Below the pieces are notes generated by a model. The model had not been told where the DNA came from. It saw only the letters and a program-made list of their open reading frames with translations, and ran no database searches. Of a DNA stretch of 64,000 bases, positions 1-12,742 are shown one piece after another (position 1 is the stretch's first letter; each line of letters starts with the position of its first letter). The translations under genes were made by a program, and so were the position numbers. The DNA is taken from contig NW_005201240.1 of assembly GCF_000372725.1 (NCBI RefSeq), positions 216,250-280,249 of the forward strand. The letters are read 5' to 3'. The DNA is from Emiliania huxleyi CCMP1516. Taxonomy: Eukaryota.

Positions 1-2572
1 CCGAGATGATGGTCTGGCCCGACTCGTCGTCGGTGTGCACGCGGAAGGTCGGGTCCTCCTGGGCGGCATGGTTTGGAGGAGGTGTGAGACGAGGCTGAGA
101 CGAGGCTGAGACGGGGTTCAGACGGGGTTCAGACGGGGTTCAGACGGGGTTCGGACGGGGTTCAGACGGGGTTCAGACGGGGTTCGGAGGAGCTCGCCCC
201 GCTGCCGCGAGGGGCGGCGGGCGGCGCTCCTTGGTGAAGCGGCCGAGCGCCTTTGAGAAGTTTGGCGCGTTCTTGTCGGCAGGCACCAGCGCGAGCGAGA
301 TGACCTGACGGACATGTCATGAACGTGTCCTGGACGTGTCCTGGACGGCACCAGTGCGAGCGAGCTGACCGGATCGGGGACAAACATCGACGTCATCGAC
401 AGCTTCGTCTTGCCGTCGGTGAAGGTGGTGCCCGAGGCGCAGTCGACGCCGAACATGGCGACGATGTCGCCCGCGCCGACCGACTCGACGTCCTCCATCT
501 CGTTGGCGTGCATGCGGACGAGCCGCGGGATGCGAACCTTGCGCCGGACCCGAGATTACCCGAGATTGTCCGAGATTATCCGAGATTTCCTGAGATTGCC
601 CGAGATGGCGGGGGGGCGAACCTTGCGCCGGTCCGCCGCCATCGACTGGATCGTGTCGCCGCGGCCAACCTTGCCCTGGTAGATGCGCATGTACGTCAGC
701 TGGCCGAACTTCCCCTCCTCGAGCTTGAAGGCGAGCCTATGGTCATGTCTCGGACGTGTCATGCACGTGTCCTCGACATGTCCCCTCCTCGAGCTTGAAG
801 GCGAGCCTATGGTCATGTCTCGGACGTGTCATGCACGTGTCCTCGACATGTCCCCTCCTCGAGCTTGAAGGCGAGCCTATGGTCATGTCTCGGACGTGTC
901 ATGCACGTGTCCTCGACATGTCCCCTCCTCCAGCTTGAAGGCGAGCCTATGGTCATGTCTCGGACGTGTCATGCACGTGTCCTCGACATGTCCCCTCCTC
1001 CAGCTTGAAGGCGAGCCTATGGTCATGTCTCGGACGTGTCATGCACGTGTCCTCGACATGTCCCCTCCTCCAGCTTGAAGGCGAGCCTATGGTCATGTCT
1101 CGGACGTGTCATGCACGTGTCCTCGACATGTCCCCTCCTCCAGCTTGAAGGCGAGTCCCGACGAACGGGTCCGACGACACACCCGTGAGCCCCACCTGCT
1201 CCTCGTCTTTGTCCAAGTCGAGCGCGCAGTTGGTCACCTCGGTCGGCGCCGGCAGGTAGCTCACCACGCCGTCCAGGAGCGGCTGCACGCCCTTGTTCTT
1301 GAAGGCGCTCCCCATGAAGACGGGCGTGATCGCATTCGCGATCGTCTGGCGCCGGATCGCGGCACGCAGCACCCCGAGCGGCGGCTCCTCCTCGGCGAGG
1401 TAGAACTCTGCTATCTCCTCGTCGGCGTCTGCGAGCTTCTCGAGCAGCTCCGCGCGCTTCTCCTCCATGGCGGCCTGCAGCCCGGCAGGAACCTCCCCCT
1501 CCTCCACCTCCTCCCCGCCAGGCCCGGAGAAGCGGAGGGCCCTGCGCTCCAGCAGGTCGACCACACCCTCGTGGTCGCCGCTCACGCCGATCGGGATCTG
1601 CATTGCCACCGCGTTGAGCCGCAGCTTATCGCGCAGCTGGCCGATCACCGCGTCTGCACGGCGGAGGATGGCCCGAGATGGCCCGAGATGGCCCGAGATG
1701 GCCCGAGATGGCCCGAGATGGCCCGAGATGGCCCGAGATGACCCAATCACTGCGTCTGTGCGGCGGGTGCGCGAGGGGTCGTCGAGGAGTATCTGGGAGG
1801 TGCCTGCGCAGTGTCCAGGCAGTGCCATCCCAGTGCCGTCGCAGCGTCCAAGCCACTGTCTCGGCGGGAGAAGTGTCCCGGAAGTGTCACCCCACCTGGG
1901 TCGGAGCCCTCGCGGTCGAGCTTGTTGATGAAGGCGAGCCGCGGGACAGAGTACCGCCTGAGGAGGCCGGGCGCCGGCGACACTCCGGCGGCAGCGCAGC
2001 GGGGCGGGCGCGGCTACTCGCGGCGGAGGCGAGGCGAGGCGAGGCGAGGCGGCGGAGCGTGCCTCATCTGCCGGTCGACGGTGATGGATTGCGATTGCAC
2101 GCCGGCGACGCCGCAGAGGACGAGGATGGCGCCGTCGAGGACGCGCAGCGCACGCTCCACCTAGTGTGCACACGGCCGGCGGAAGTTGGCGCCGCCCGCA
2201 AGGTTCGCTCGGCCGGAGGGCCGCCGCCTCGATGGTGAAGTCGACGTGGCCAGGAGTGTCGATCACGTTGATATCGTGGTCGCCCCAGGCGCAGTGCGTT
2301 GCGGCCGACTGGATGGTGATGCCCTTCTCACGCTCCAGCTCCATAAAGTCCATCTTGGCGCCCACGCCGTCCTTCCCGCGGACCTCGTGGATGGCGCCGA
2401 TACGTCCCGTATAATACAAGATTCGCTCAGTGAGCGTGGTCTTGCCAGAGTCGATGTGCGCGCTGATGCCGATGTTTCGCACGCTCTGTGGCTCGCTGGA
2501 ACTGGAGAGCCTCCTCGTGAAGGCGAGCAGCCGCCGCGACGCGGCTGCTCTCCTGCCGACAGGACACAGCAT
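1..2572 (-). CDS. GFM1: Mitochondrial elongation factor G (EF-G1), multi-exon; 3' part runs off the left edge
   Basis: Spliced reading gives [148 protein letters not shown] and RFTKEDPTFRV. The Arg-rich N-terminal leader from the ATG at 2572 resembles a mitochondrial transit peptide. Confidence 0.95.
711..1155. repeat. 70-bp tandem array (6 full copies plus a partial) forming an EF-G intron
   Basis: The unit TCCCCTCCTC(G/C)AGCTTGAAGGCGAGCCTATGGTCATGTCTCGGACGTGTCATGCACGTGTCCTCGACATG starts at 711, 781, 851, 921, 991 and 1061, with a partial copy at 1131. Confidence 0.97.
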
Positions 2573-2870
2573 GCCTACGCGGCAAGTTTCTAGGAAGCCT
2601 TTTCTGAAAAATGTTCTCCGCTGAGGATGTGGTGGGAGCCCCGGGTACTGATCACCCCAGAACGCGGCGGCCGCCTCAAGCACGGGGCGGCGGGCTGCCG
2701 CCAGCTCCTCCGCCCAGTCGGACGAAACCGAGACGATACGAGACGATACGAGACGATACGAGACGAGACGCGACCCTATAGCTATACGAGACTACACGAT
2801 TTTTTTGCGCCCGATTTTTCTGAAGGTGCCGCAACCCGCTATAGTGCCTGTCGCGGCCCTCTTCTGGGTC

Positions 2871-3236
2871 ATGCCGCCTCGCTACTCTCGCACGACCGCC
2901 GACGTCGACCTCGACGAAGAGGCCGAGCTGCGGCGCCTCGAGAGCGGCGCGGACCCCACTCCTGACGCTCCGTGTGTGGATCTGACCGAGCCGATGGCCA
3001 ACCTCACCGACCTCTTCGAGGAAGAGCCCGCGCCCTCGCTCGCCGTCCCCCGCAAGGGCCGCCTGCAGAAGGGCCGCTCCGCGTTGCCCGAGACCAAGCC
3101 GCCGCAGCGCAAGAAGGAGGGGCTCGGCCGCAAGCGGCCGGCGGCGGCGGCGCGCTCGGAGTCGGGCTCGGACTCGGACGCGCCGAGCGCCGAATATTCG
3201 CGCGTTTCTTTTTCTTACTACATACATACATACTAA
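2871..3236 (+). CDS. Short hypothetical acidic/basic protein, possibly truncated or TE-derived
   Basis: ATG ORF MPPRYSRTTADVDLDEEAELRRLE...KKEGLGRKRP with coding-like codon usage and an NLS-like tract. It is preceded by GAGACGATAC repeats. No domain recognised. Confidence 0.3.
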   Translation: MPPRYSRTTADVDLDEEAELRRLESGADPTPDAPCVDLTEPMANLTDLFEEEPAPSLAVPRKGRLQKGRSALPETKPPQRKKEGLGRKRPAAAARSESGSDSDAPSAEYSRVSFSYYIHTY

Positions 3237-3561
3237 CTCCAATCGCCAGGCTCCGTGCCCCACCTACCAGGCCGCGCAGCGAAGCGAAAAAATACCCTTC
3301 ACGCTCTGTGAATAGGCTCCCAGCGCCCGCCGCGCGCCGGCTTGTACCGCGGTGCGCGCCGTTCGCGAGCCCCAGAGCATGGCCCCGTTCGCGGCTAAAC
3401 GCGCCGTATCCCGCGGGTTTTTTCACACCCCCGCCCCCACACACCACAACCGTGGTGCCAGCCCCTCTGGCGAGGACTGTGGCGACGCATCTGCTTTACT
3501 CGTTCGCCGCCAGCGCCCAGGCCCAGTGGGGGTTCCCAGGGCATTTTCAAGTCGTAGCAGT

Positions 3562-4060
3562 ATGAGGCTCCCGCCATACGTCTGCGCCATCCTATCCTCC
3601 CCTACCGGCCACCTGCTGGTGGAGGAGCGGCCCGCCGACGCCCGCACCGCGGCGGGTCAGCTGACCTGTTTCGGCGGCAAGCTGGAGCCAGGCGCCGCAT
3701 CACCCAATTGATGCCACAGCGCAGCGCGCAAACCCCACGCGTCGCACCGCCAATGCTGCAGGCGAGACCGGCCTCGACGGCCTGCTGCGGGAGTTGCGCG
3801 AGGAGCTAGGCTGGCAGCCGGCCGAGCCGCCGCGGCGCGCCGTCGATCTCCACGTCGACGGCGCTTTGATCGCCTGGTTCTACGAGGCCGCCGCGCCGTC
3901 GACCGACGTGGCGCTCGCCTTTGAGCCGGGGAGGAGAGGCGTGTGGATGAGCGAGGCGGAACTGCTCGTCCACCCGCGCCTGTCAGAGTGGCACCGGGCT
4001 GTACTCAACTCGTGGAGAACGGGACGGGACCGTGCTGATTTTGTGACGAGGGGAGCCTAG
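3562..4060 (+). CDS. Nudix hydrolase (2 exons; GC-AG intron 3692-3761)
   Basis: Splicing restores the Nudix box GGKLEPG|ETGLDGLLRELREELG (GX5EX7REUXEEXG). Confidence 0.88.
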
Positions 4061-4299
4061 GGCGGCTCTATGCCCCCACCGCTGTGGACTCAGGCCTGGC
4101 GGTTTTCGACCAACGTGTGATGTGATACGTTGATCCGATTGTGTGCGACACACACTTGTGTCTGCAGCCCCAGAGAGTGGCTGCAGAGAATCCCTCATCA
4201 GGCAGCGGGGCCCTCACGTCACCGACGTGTGCGGACTGTGCTCTCTCTTTTCTACATGTCGTAAAAGGGAACAAGCTACAAGGCATGTAACAAAAATTC

Positions 4300-5890
4300 T
4301 TTAAATTTCTCTCTGCGAGAGCCCCGGCTGTCGCACACGCCGCTGGGGTGACGGGGCCGCTGTGGAGCGATGTGGTCTCAGGGGAACGACGACAAATATG
4401 GGACAAGCGCCAGCGGATCAAGGATCAGCACGGCGAGCGCGAGATTGAATTCGCCGACGTGGATGATCATAACGTGGTGACAAAGACGGTCGTGGGAGCG
4501 CGTGTGCGGCAGCAGGCGGGGGTGCCACACGGAGCGCGCCACGAGAGGATTATGCGGGGAGAGGCGAGGAGAGAGACCCCGGGCGCCGCCAGCCGCCACA
4601 AGGAGCGAACTCAGGGGCTGCCTCGTCTGTAAGGCCGCGAGGGACGCGGCGAGGAGGGCGGCACTAAAGCGAGACCCGCTGTGTCCGATCGTGCGGAAAG
4701 CCGCGCAGCAATGGACCGAGGAAGATGAGAACCCGCCTAGAGCGACGATGGCGCACTTGCTTAGCGGCGCCTGCCTGGGGAATAGGGAGCAGGCAAGATG
4801 GTTCCTCAGAGTAGCGCGAGCGCAGACGGGGACGGCGATCAGCAAAGTAGCCCAGGCGGCACCCGACTCCAAGGATACGCTGAAGACGCTGAGGATAGCG
4901 CATGTCGCTGCGCTGAAGGGCTCACGCTATATAGGGTGCTGGATGAGGACGGGTACGATGCACTAGCCCCAGCCGTCGGGGGGGTGTTGCCGGCGCTGGT
5001 AGATGATCTCTCGGAGAAGAGCCGGAGGGATCTTGGCGCCGGGGTCACGAGGAACTTGCAAATCGTGGCCGAGGCGGCGACGGGCGCGGTGCAGAGGTGG
5101 ATCCGGCTCAATGATGAGGCTACGGCGCGCATAATGAAGAGAGAGGAACACATCGAGTGGCTGAGGAAGCTCTTCACTGGGTGGAAAGAGGCTCGGCCGG
5201 CCTTGAGGGAGTCGCAGAGGAGGGATAACGCAGGCAACGCAGGGACGGGCCAACAGCCAGTGGGACGAACGAGGGCCGCGACGGCGGCTCAAGCGGGAGG
5301 GAGCGGAGACGGTGGGCAGAGAGCGAAGTGGGTGAGACTGATGATGCTCCTTCGACTTAGGGAGCGGTTCAGCTGCTGGGCGGGCTTCAGGCTGGTGCTC
5401 ACGCGAAAAGGAATCGACGCGATGTGCAAAGCATACAAGAAGGGGAGAAGGAAGAGGAGAGACGCCGGTGAGGACGAAGCAGAAACTAGCGCAGACGAGA
5501 GCAGGGCAGACCCGGGGACTGGGGAGCCGGAGCAGACGGCATCGGCTGCCGAGGAAACGTTGGGAAGAGGCACGAGGAGGGCGGCGACCTCAACCGACTA
5601 TGGAGGACCCGTCACCAGACGACGCAGGGCGGACGACGGGGAGGCGGAGCAGACGCGCAGGGCGAGACGAGGGAGGGAGCAGGACTTTGCGGAGATCAGC
5701 AGGAGGATGTACGAAGAGATTAGGAGCAGCAGGGACCCGAGGGACCATGTGGAAGACGGCTAGTGCTAGTCCCCCATCGGGAGGACGACCCCGGCTAGTC
5801 GCCGACCACACCCACAAAGAACCCTGCACAAAGATCGCAAGGGCGGGGACCTGTTCCTTTTTACCCATCTCACAGTAGCGGAGGTGTCCA
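4300..5890 (+). mobile_element. 5'-truncated, frameshifted non-LTR retrotransposon (LINE) remnant
   Basis: Degenerate ORF pieces include CLVC...ATMAHLLSGAC, resembling the C-terminal CCHC zinc knuckle of LINE ORF2. The 3' ~650 bp recurs in reverse at 27950-28633, with shorter 3' ends at 31316-31524 and about 17690-17775 that finish in (TTTA)n-like tails. Confidence 0.7.
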
Positions 5891-5894
5891 TTAT

Positions 5895-6075
5895 CCCGCA
5901 GCCGCAGCCGTAGCCGCAGCCCCAACTCGTGCTGCTCTTCTAGTGTCGGGTAGTGACCAGCACCAGGGGTGAGGGGACGGATTGAAGATCCCTCACACCA
6001 AGATCGTGCAGGGCGGGGACACATGTCCCTAAATCCCATCTCGTCTCAGAGTTTGACCGTTTTTATTTTATTTTT
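5895..6075 (+). mobile_element. 3' end of a second non-autonomous retroelement sharing the LINE-like tail
   Basis: Homologous to 54485-54640 (minus strand): GCCGCAGCCGTAGCCGCAGCC...GGGTGAGGGGACGGATTGAAGATCCCTCACACCAAGATCGTGCAGGGCGGGGACACATGTCCC. It ends in TTTTTATTTTATTTT. Confidence 0.7.
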
Positions 6076-6167
6076 GCGTTCTCGCACATGGTCGTGGATA
6101 GTGCGAGGTAATCTCGACTGTTGCGGGGGGGCCATCCCAAACTGTCCCGGCCGGAGTGTGCGGGATG

Positions 6168-6512
6168 TCTCAGAGATTTTTGGAAACCAACAAGAAATCA
6201 CGACTCTCACAGTGAGTTGGGCTCGGCAGCTTGTCAGCCCTCAGCCGAAGCTGGGGCCGGTCCACCGTAGCCGAGAGAGCCCGCGCCGATGAGTTCGACG
6301 CGGTCGGGGGGGCCTTGCGGAGAGGCCAGCGAGTTGGTGATCGCTGTACTTCATGGCGCCCTCAAAGTGGGGCTGGCTGACTCGCCAGAGGTCGATACTC
6401 TGCGGGGGACGACCCTAGGATGCCACGAATGCCTGAAGGAGAGGGAGGCGAGGCCAGAGGCAGACTCAGCTGCTCTCGGGTGATCTCGCTTTGGTGGCTG
6501 AAGGACCCGATG
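6168..6512. repeat. Dispersed repeat family A, copy 1 (~350 bp, hairpin-rich)
   Basis: Aligns closely with 9030-9365. The terminal motif GTGATTTCTTGTTGGTTTTCAAAAATCTCT also occurs inverted at about 41060-41092. Confidence 0.85.
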
Positions 6513-6770
6513 TGGCTGCGGGATCGAATCGCGGAAGGCTCACGCCCTCGCGGAGCGACGCGGGTCGCGCGGCGCGCGCGTGTGCGAAATGCGACAACAG
6601 ACGCCTGAGCGCTGAACGACTGAACGACCGTCGCCGCGATCGCCACCGCCGCCCTTTTGACGAGCAGCGCGAGCCGTCACGGGCCGGGAAAGAAGAAAAA
6701 CCTTGACATTTGGACGGCCGCTGGACGGCCGCTCAAGAGAAGGCGGGAGGAAACGCCCCAAGTCCCCGAG

Positions 6771-7515
6771 ATGCTGCTCGCAGTGACCCTGGCCGCCGCG
6801 CTGGTGCCACTGCCGTCCACGACTGTGCCGCTGCAGACGTTGGCCGCTGCAGCACCACCACTCTTGCGCTGCACGCTCCCGGAGATGGCTGCAAAGCTCC
6901 CGAGACGCATGGCCACTCGGCTCCCGAGACGGATCGTCTTCAGGCCGCGCCGGCTTGCGCCGCACGAGCTGGCGCTCGCGGTGCTCCTCGATGTCGAGCT
7001 GACCAACGCGATCGTGGCGCGTGCGCGGAAGCAGAAGAGCCTCGGCCAGGCGGAGCACTGCATGGCGGTCTACGTCAACGCGCCGAGCGGAGAAGGCTGA
7101 GGTGCTGGAGCGGTGGGCGAGGCTCGTGCTCGACAATGTAGAGGTGGGCGCGATTGCGGAGGACGCAGCGAGCGCGACGATCAGCGACAGCGGCTCTGGA
7201 CTGGTTCAGCTCGTGTTTGACAGGAGCAAGTACCCGAGCCCGCGGGAGGAGGCCGAGGCGGCGCTGGGCATGGCCGCCAAGCTGCGCAGGCAGCAGGCCA
7301 AGGTGGACTCGCTACGGCACCGCAACGAGGGCGCGGCGGCCGCGCTGGCAGGCTGGCAGAAGCGCGTGCGCATCGCTGCGGCGCGCGGGGAGGCGGAGGC
7401 GCTGCGAGCGCTGCGCGTCAAGCTGCTGCGCTCGAGCAAGCAGCTGGGACTCCGCCACGCCAAGATAGCAGAGTTCGGCCAGAATGACGAGTGGGAGAAC
7501 ACGCTCGGCATCTGA
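6771..7515 (+). pseudogene. Signal-peptide hypothetical protein with an apparent frameshift near 7090
   Basis: MLLAVTLAAALVP...VYVNAPS is in one frame and EKAEVLERWARLVLDN...ENTLGI* in another. They abut with no room for an intron. Confidence 0.45.
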
Positions 7516-8483
7516 CGAGCAGGAGGAGCAGCCCTCCCCAACGCAGCTTGCAGTTGCAGGCGTCGGCCGGCTGGCAGCGCTCCCTCCCACAGCCGACGGC
7601 GGCCTGTTCCCCCCCGGGGGGGGGTCTTTTGCCTAAGATTCTTTTGGAAAGAGAGTCACGCCAGTCGCCACGCGTGAGTTCGCCGCGTGAGGCGTCTGCA
7701 TAGTTTCTGACGTAACTTAACACCGGGTTTCGCGCCACGCGCTTTCGCCACACTTCTGCGTGAGCCCTGGCTGTGTCTCAGGGCGGGCGCCTACTAAAAT
7801 CCGGATCGATCCTCCTCATGCCTCAGCAATCGCCGCTCAGCATCCTCCCCTTCCGATTCTCGTTGCTGCTTCTTGAGCGCAATCTCTCGCCAAACGCATT
7901 TCTCACAAACAGCCTCAAGCTCAAACAAAAGCATAGAAGCCTGTGTATGCTGGTCCTCTTTGAACGATCCGCGCGTGAGGTAGCATAGGGCCTTGTTGGC
8001 AGCAGCCAGCTTGTTGCGCTGCTTCGTTGCGATGAGCTGATTGGGATCGCAGAAGTGCATGCCAAGCACCGCCACGATCTTGAAGCAGAACACATCGCAA
8101 CCGCATCGTCCGCACTGCCATCGGCATGCCGCGCCCGCCGCTTCGCCGCAGCCGCCTTAAGACACGCATAGCGGCAGGGTACGGTGCGCGTACTTGAGCA
8201 GGAATTGCGCGCCGCAAGTAGCGCACTGGCCCTGGGAGAAGGCGATATGGCGTCGTGTGCGGCATACGTTGGTCGGGACGCGTCCAGGTATTTTTCGGGT
8301 AAACCTGGACTTTTGCAGGTATACCCGGGTTTTACCCGGAGTTGGCCTTGTGTCGTCTAAGTTCATGGCCCCCGACCCTACAGCGTCTAAGTCCGAGCCT
8401 GGCTCCGTGCGGGGGCTAAGCTGAGCGCTCGCTCGCTGCAGAGGCTAAGTGTAGAGCGACCCTCTAGCCCTACTACCCAACCA

Positions 8484-8762
8484 TTGCTGTCAGGTGATCT
8501 GTCGGGCTGTCGGGCACTGTCAGGCACTGTCAGGTGCCTCTGTCAGACCAGCTGTCAGGTGCTGTCAGTGCTGTCGGGTGCTGTCCGGTGCTTGTCTGAC
8601 AGGCGAGGTGCTCTGGTGCTGTCAGGTGCTGTCGGAGCTGTCGGGTGGTGCTGTCAGACGCTGTCGGAGCTGTCAGAGCTGTCAGGCTGCTGCTGCTGTC
8701 AGACGTTGGGCCGGTACTGTCAGGTGCTGTCAGGTGGTGCTGTTGGGGTGCTGTCAGGCTCT
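8484..8762. repeat. CTGTCAG/CTGTCGG motif array (left)
   Basis: Many spaced CTGTCRG motifs. Contains TCTGACAGGCGAGGTGCTC, whose reverse complement is in the right array. Confidence 0.85.
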
Positions 8763-9029
8763 GACACTCACCAGCCACACTTATGACACTATCAAGAGGA
8801 GACCGCAGCCAGTGAGAGTAGATCCACACAGTAGGTCTCTCCCGGGGAGCGCAGATGGCGGCGCAGGCGCAGGCCGCGGCGGCGGCACAAGCGGCGGCGG
8901 CCACCCCCACCCAGACGCCGTAGGCACATACTGTAGGGCCCCAGAAGGCTAGCTGGTAGCTTCATTTGTAGTAGCACAGCCGCCGGTGCTAGGGGTCCGC
9001 AGAGGTGAGGCGGGAGGGTTAAGAGTCAG

Positions 9030-9365
9030 AGAGAGATTTTTAAAGACCAACAAGAAATCACGACTCTCAGAGTGATTTGGGCTCGGCAGCTTGTTAGCCC
9101 TCAGCCGAAGCTGGGGCCGGTCCCGTAGCCGAGAGAGCCCGCGCCGATGAGTTCGACGCGGTCGGGGGGGCCTGCGAAGAGGCCAGCGAGTTGGCGATCG
9201 CTGTACTTCAAGGGGGTCATCAAGTGACCGCGGCTGACAAGCCAGAGGTCGATACTCTGGACGACCCATAGGATGCCACGAATGCCTGAAGGAGAGGGAG
9301 GCGAGGCCAGAGGCAGGCTCAGCTGCTCTCGGGTGGTCCCGCTTTGGTGGCTGAAGGACCCGATG
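9030..9365. repeat. Dispersed repeat family A, copy 2
   Basis: Aligns with 6168-6512. Confidence 0.85.
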
Positions 9366-9529
9366 GTCCTGTCACATTCGCGTTCCGAGTCGTGGGGGTA
9401 GAAGAGTCAGAGAGACCCATGAGACCATCCCATGACCACATGGACCACACTCACATGCACATGCAGTAGTTTTGTTAAACTCTCATGGGGCACAAGAAAG
9501 AGGCTGTATACGGTCTGTGTACGGTCTGT

Positions 9530-9785
9530 GCTGCTGTCGGGCTGGTCGGGCTGTCAGCGCTGCTGTCAGGCCACTGTGTGCTGTCGGGCTGTCGGGCAGC
9601 TGTCAGGCTGTCACGTTAGGGCCTGACAGCGACGGAGCACCTCGCCTGTCAGACTCTGCTGTTCAGGCTGTCAGATACGTGCTGTCAGGCTGTCGGAGAA
9701 AGTGCTGTCAGCGCTGTCAGGCTGTCGGGCACTGTCAGGCGCTGTCCGGGGTTTGCTGTCAGGCTGTCAGACCAGGGCTCAGACT
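9530..9785. repeat. CTGTCAG/CTGTCGG motif array (right)
   Basis: Same motif and orientation as 8484-8762. Confidence 0.85.
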
Positions 9786-9961
9786 TCTGCTTATACGCAT
9801 ATTGCAATATGTACACGTACGGCGAGAGCACGGCCTCCAGCTCGCATGCAGCGCAGCGCGAGGTGGGTGGGGGGGGGGGGGGTATCCCCCGGGGCGTGAC
9901 GGGTCGTTCGCAAGCACGAGAGGATCCGACACGGCCCTTAGGTCCTTTCCCACGACCTTCG

Positions 9962-11714
<1,753 letters not shown>

Positions 11715-12742
11715 CGCCGCCGTTGAGTACCGTTGTTCAAAGAGTGCTGGAGGCGGCCGCTCCAACGGCGGCTTCGGACCGTGGGCACGCGTACTTCTCG
11801 CGCCACGTGTGCTCTCTGCCTTGACTAGCTAGTGCATGCCTGCATGCCGTACGCTGCGCCGCCCGCCACACGACTTGTGGCCAGCGGAGTACCTTTGTCG
11901 ACCGTAACATGATGTGCGGTGCACGTGTACTAGAACGCGAACCCACGTGCGACCACTCGTGCACTCGTCTTAAGTTGTGTCTTTTGCTGAGTAATGAGTG
12001 CCGTGTGTGCATAAAGGACAACGCCCCCAAGAATTGTTCGCTTCGACACCCCTTCGACGCCAGCCCTTGCGCCAGCGTTCGCGCCAGTCGCCAGAGTCGC
12101 CTCCCAGCCGACTCTATGTATCGCTCTCATTGCTGCTGGCGCGCGCGCGGTCGTTTGCGTGCTACCCTTCCCCACGCTGCGCTACACGCTCACGGCTCCC
12201 GCCGCCTTCGTACACATCTCTTCCACCCTCAGCGCTCGCCCCTCTCCCGCGACCGGGAAGGCGTTGCCCGCACCGGTGTGTGTGTGGCTTTTTAGCACGC
12301 GCGAGGAGAGCCTGGCGCGGTGAGCTTTCGCAGGTCGCGCGAAGAGAGGCGAGAGGGGCCCGGGTGCCGGGACACAAAGAGCCACAAAACCGCCGAGATC
12401 CAAGTACCAAAGAACGCACAAAAGTGGAAGTGCCCCCCTTAGGCTTAGGTCATTCACGATGGTGTGCGAAAGCCGAAACCGATAGGCGATACCGAAAGAG
12501 GCCGCTCAGTCTGGAGAGAGAGTCCCTGGTCTAGGCACAAGGCTCAAGGGGCACACCCTCGTCTTTTTGAAGCGACAACAAGCGTCGGAGTGGGATGCGT
12601 GTACTCTACCTGAGGCTCTGCTTCGAATGACCGCCTAAAGCCTCTACATTCCTATCTTCCTAGTACCAACGCGCGCCCCTACGGCTCTAGGCTACTGGAC
12701 CTGCCGAGAGGCAGCACTGCCCGCCACTCCTCCTTTATCTTT

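Noticed and set aside
711..1155. Regular repeat array resembling CRISPR
   Set aside because: The units are contiguous and identical with no unique spacers, no cas genes are present, and the array lies inside a eukaryotic intron.
7098..7100. TGA as a possible selenocysteine
   Set aside because: No redox motif, the coding-like sequence continues in a different frame, and no SECIS was seen.
12430..12643. HDV-like ribozyme (7-bp P1, CGAA before P2') or telomerase RNA template (CCTAAGCCTAAG on the minus strand)
   Set aside because: About 90 nt separate P2 from P1' instead of a short P3/L3, and the P1.1 GG is missing. The template would specify TTAGGC, for which there is no support here. Kept only as an unassigned structure.
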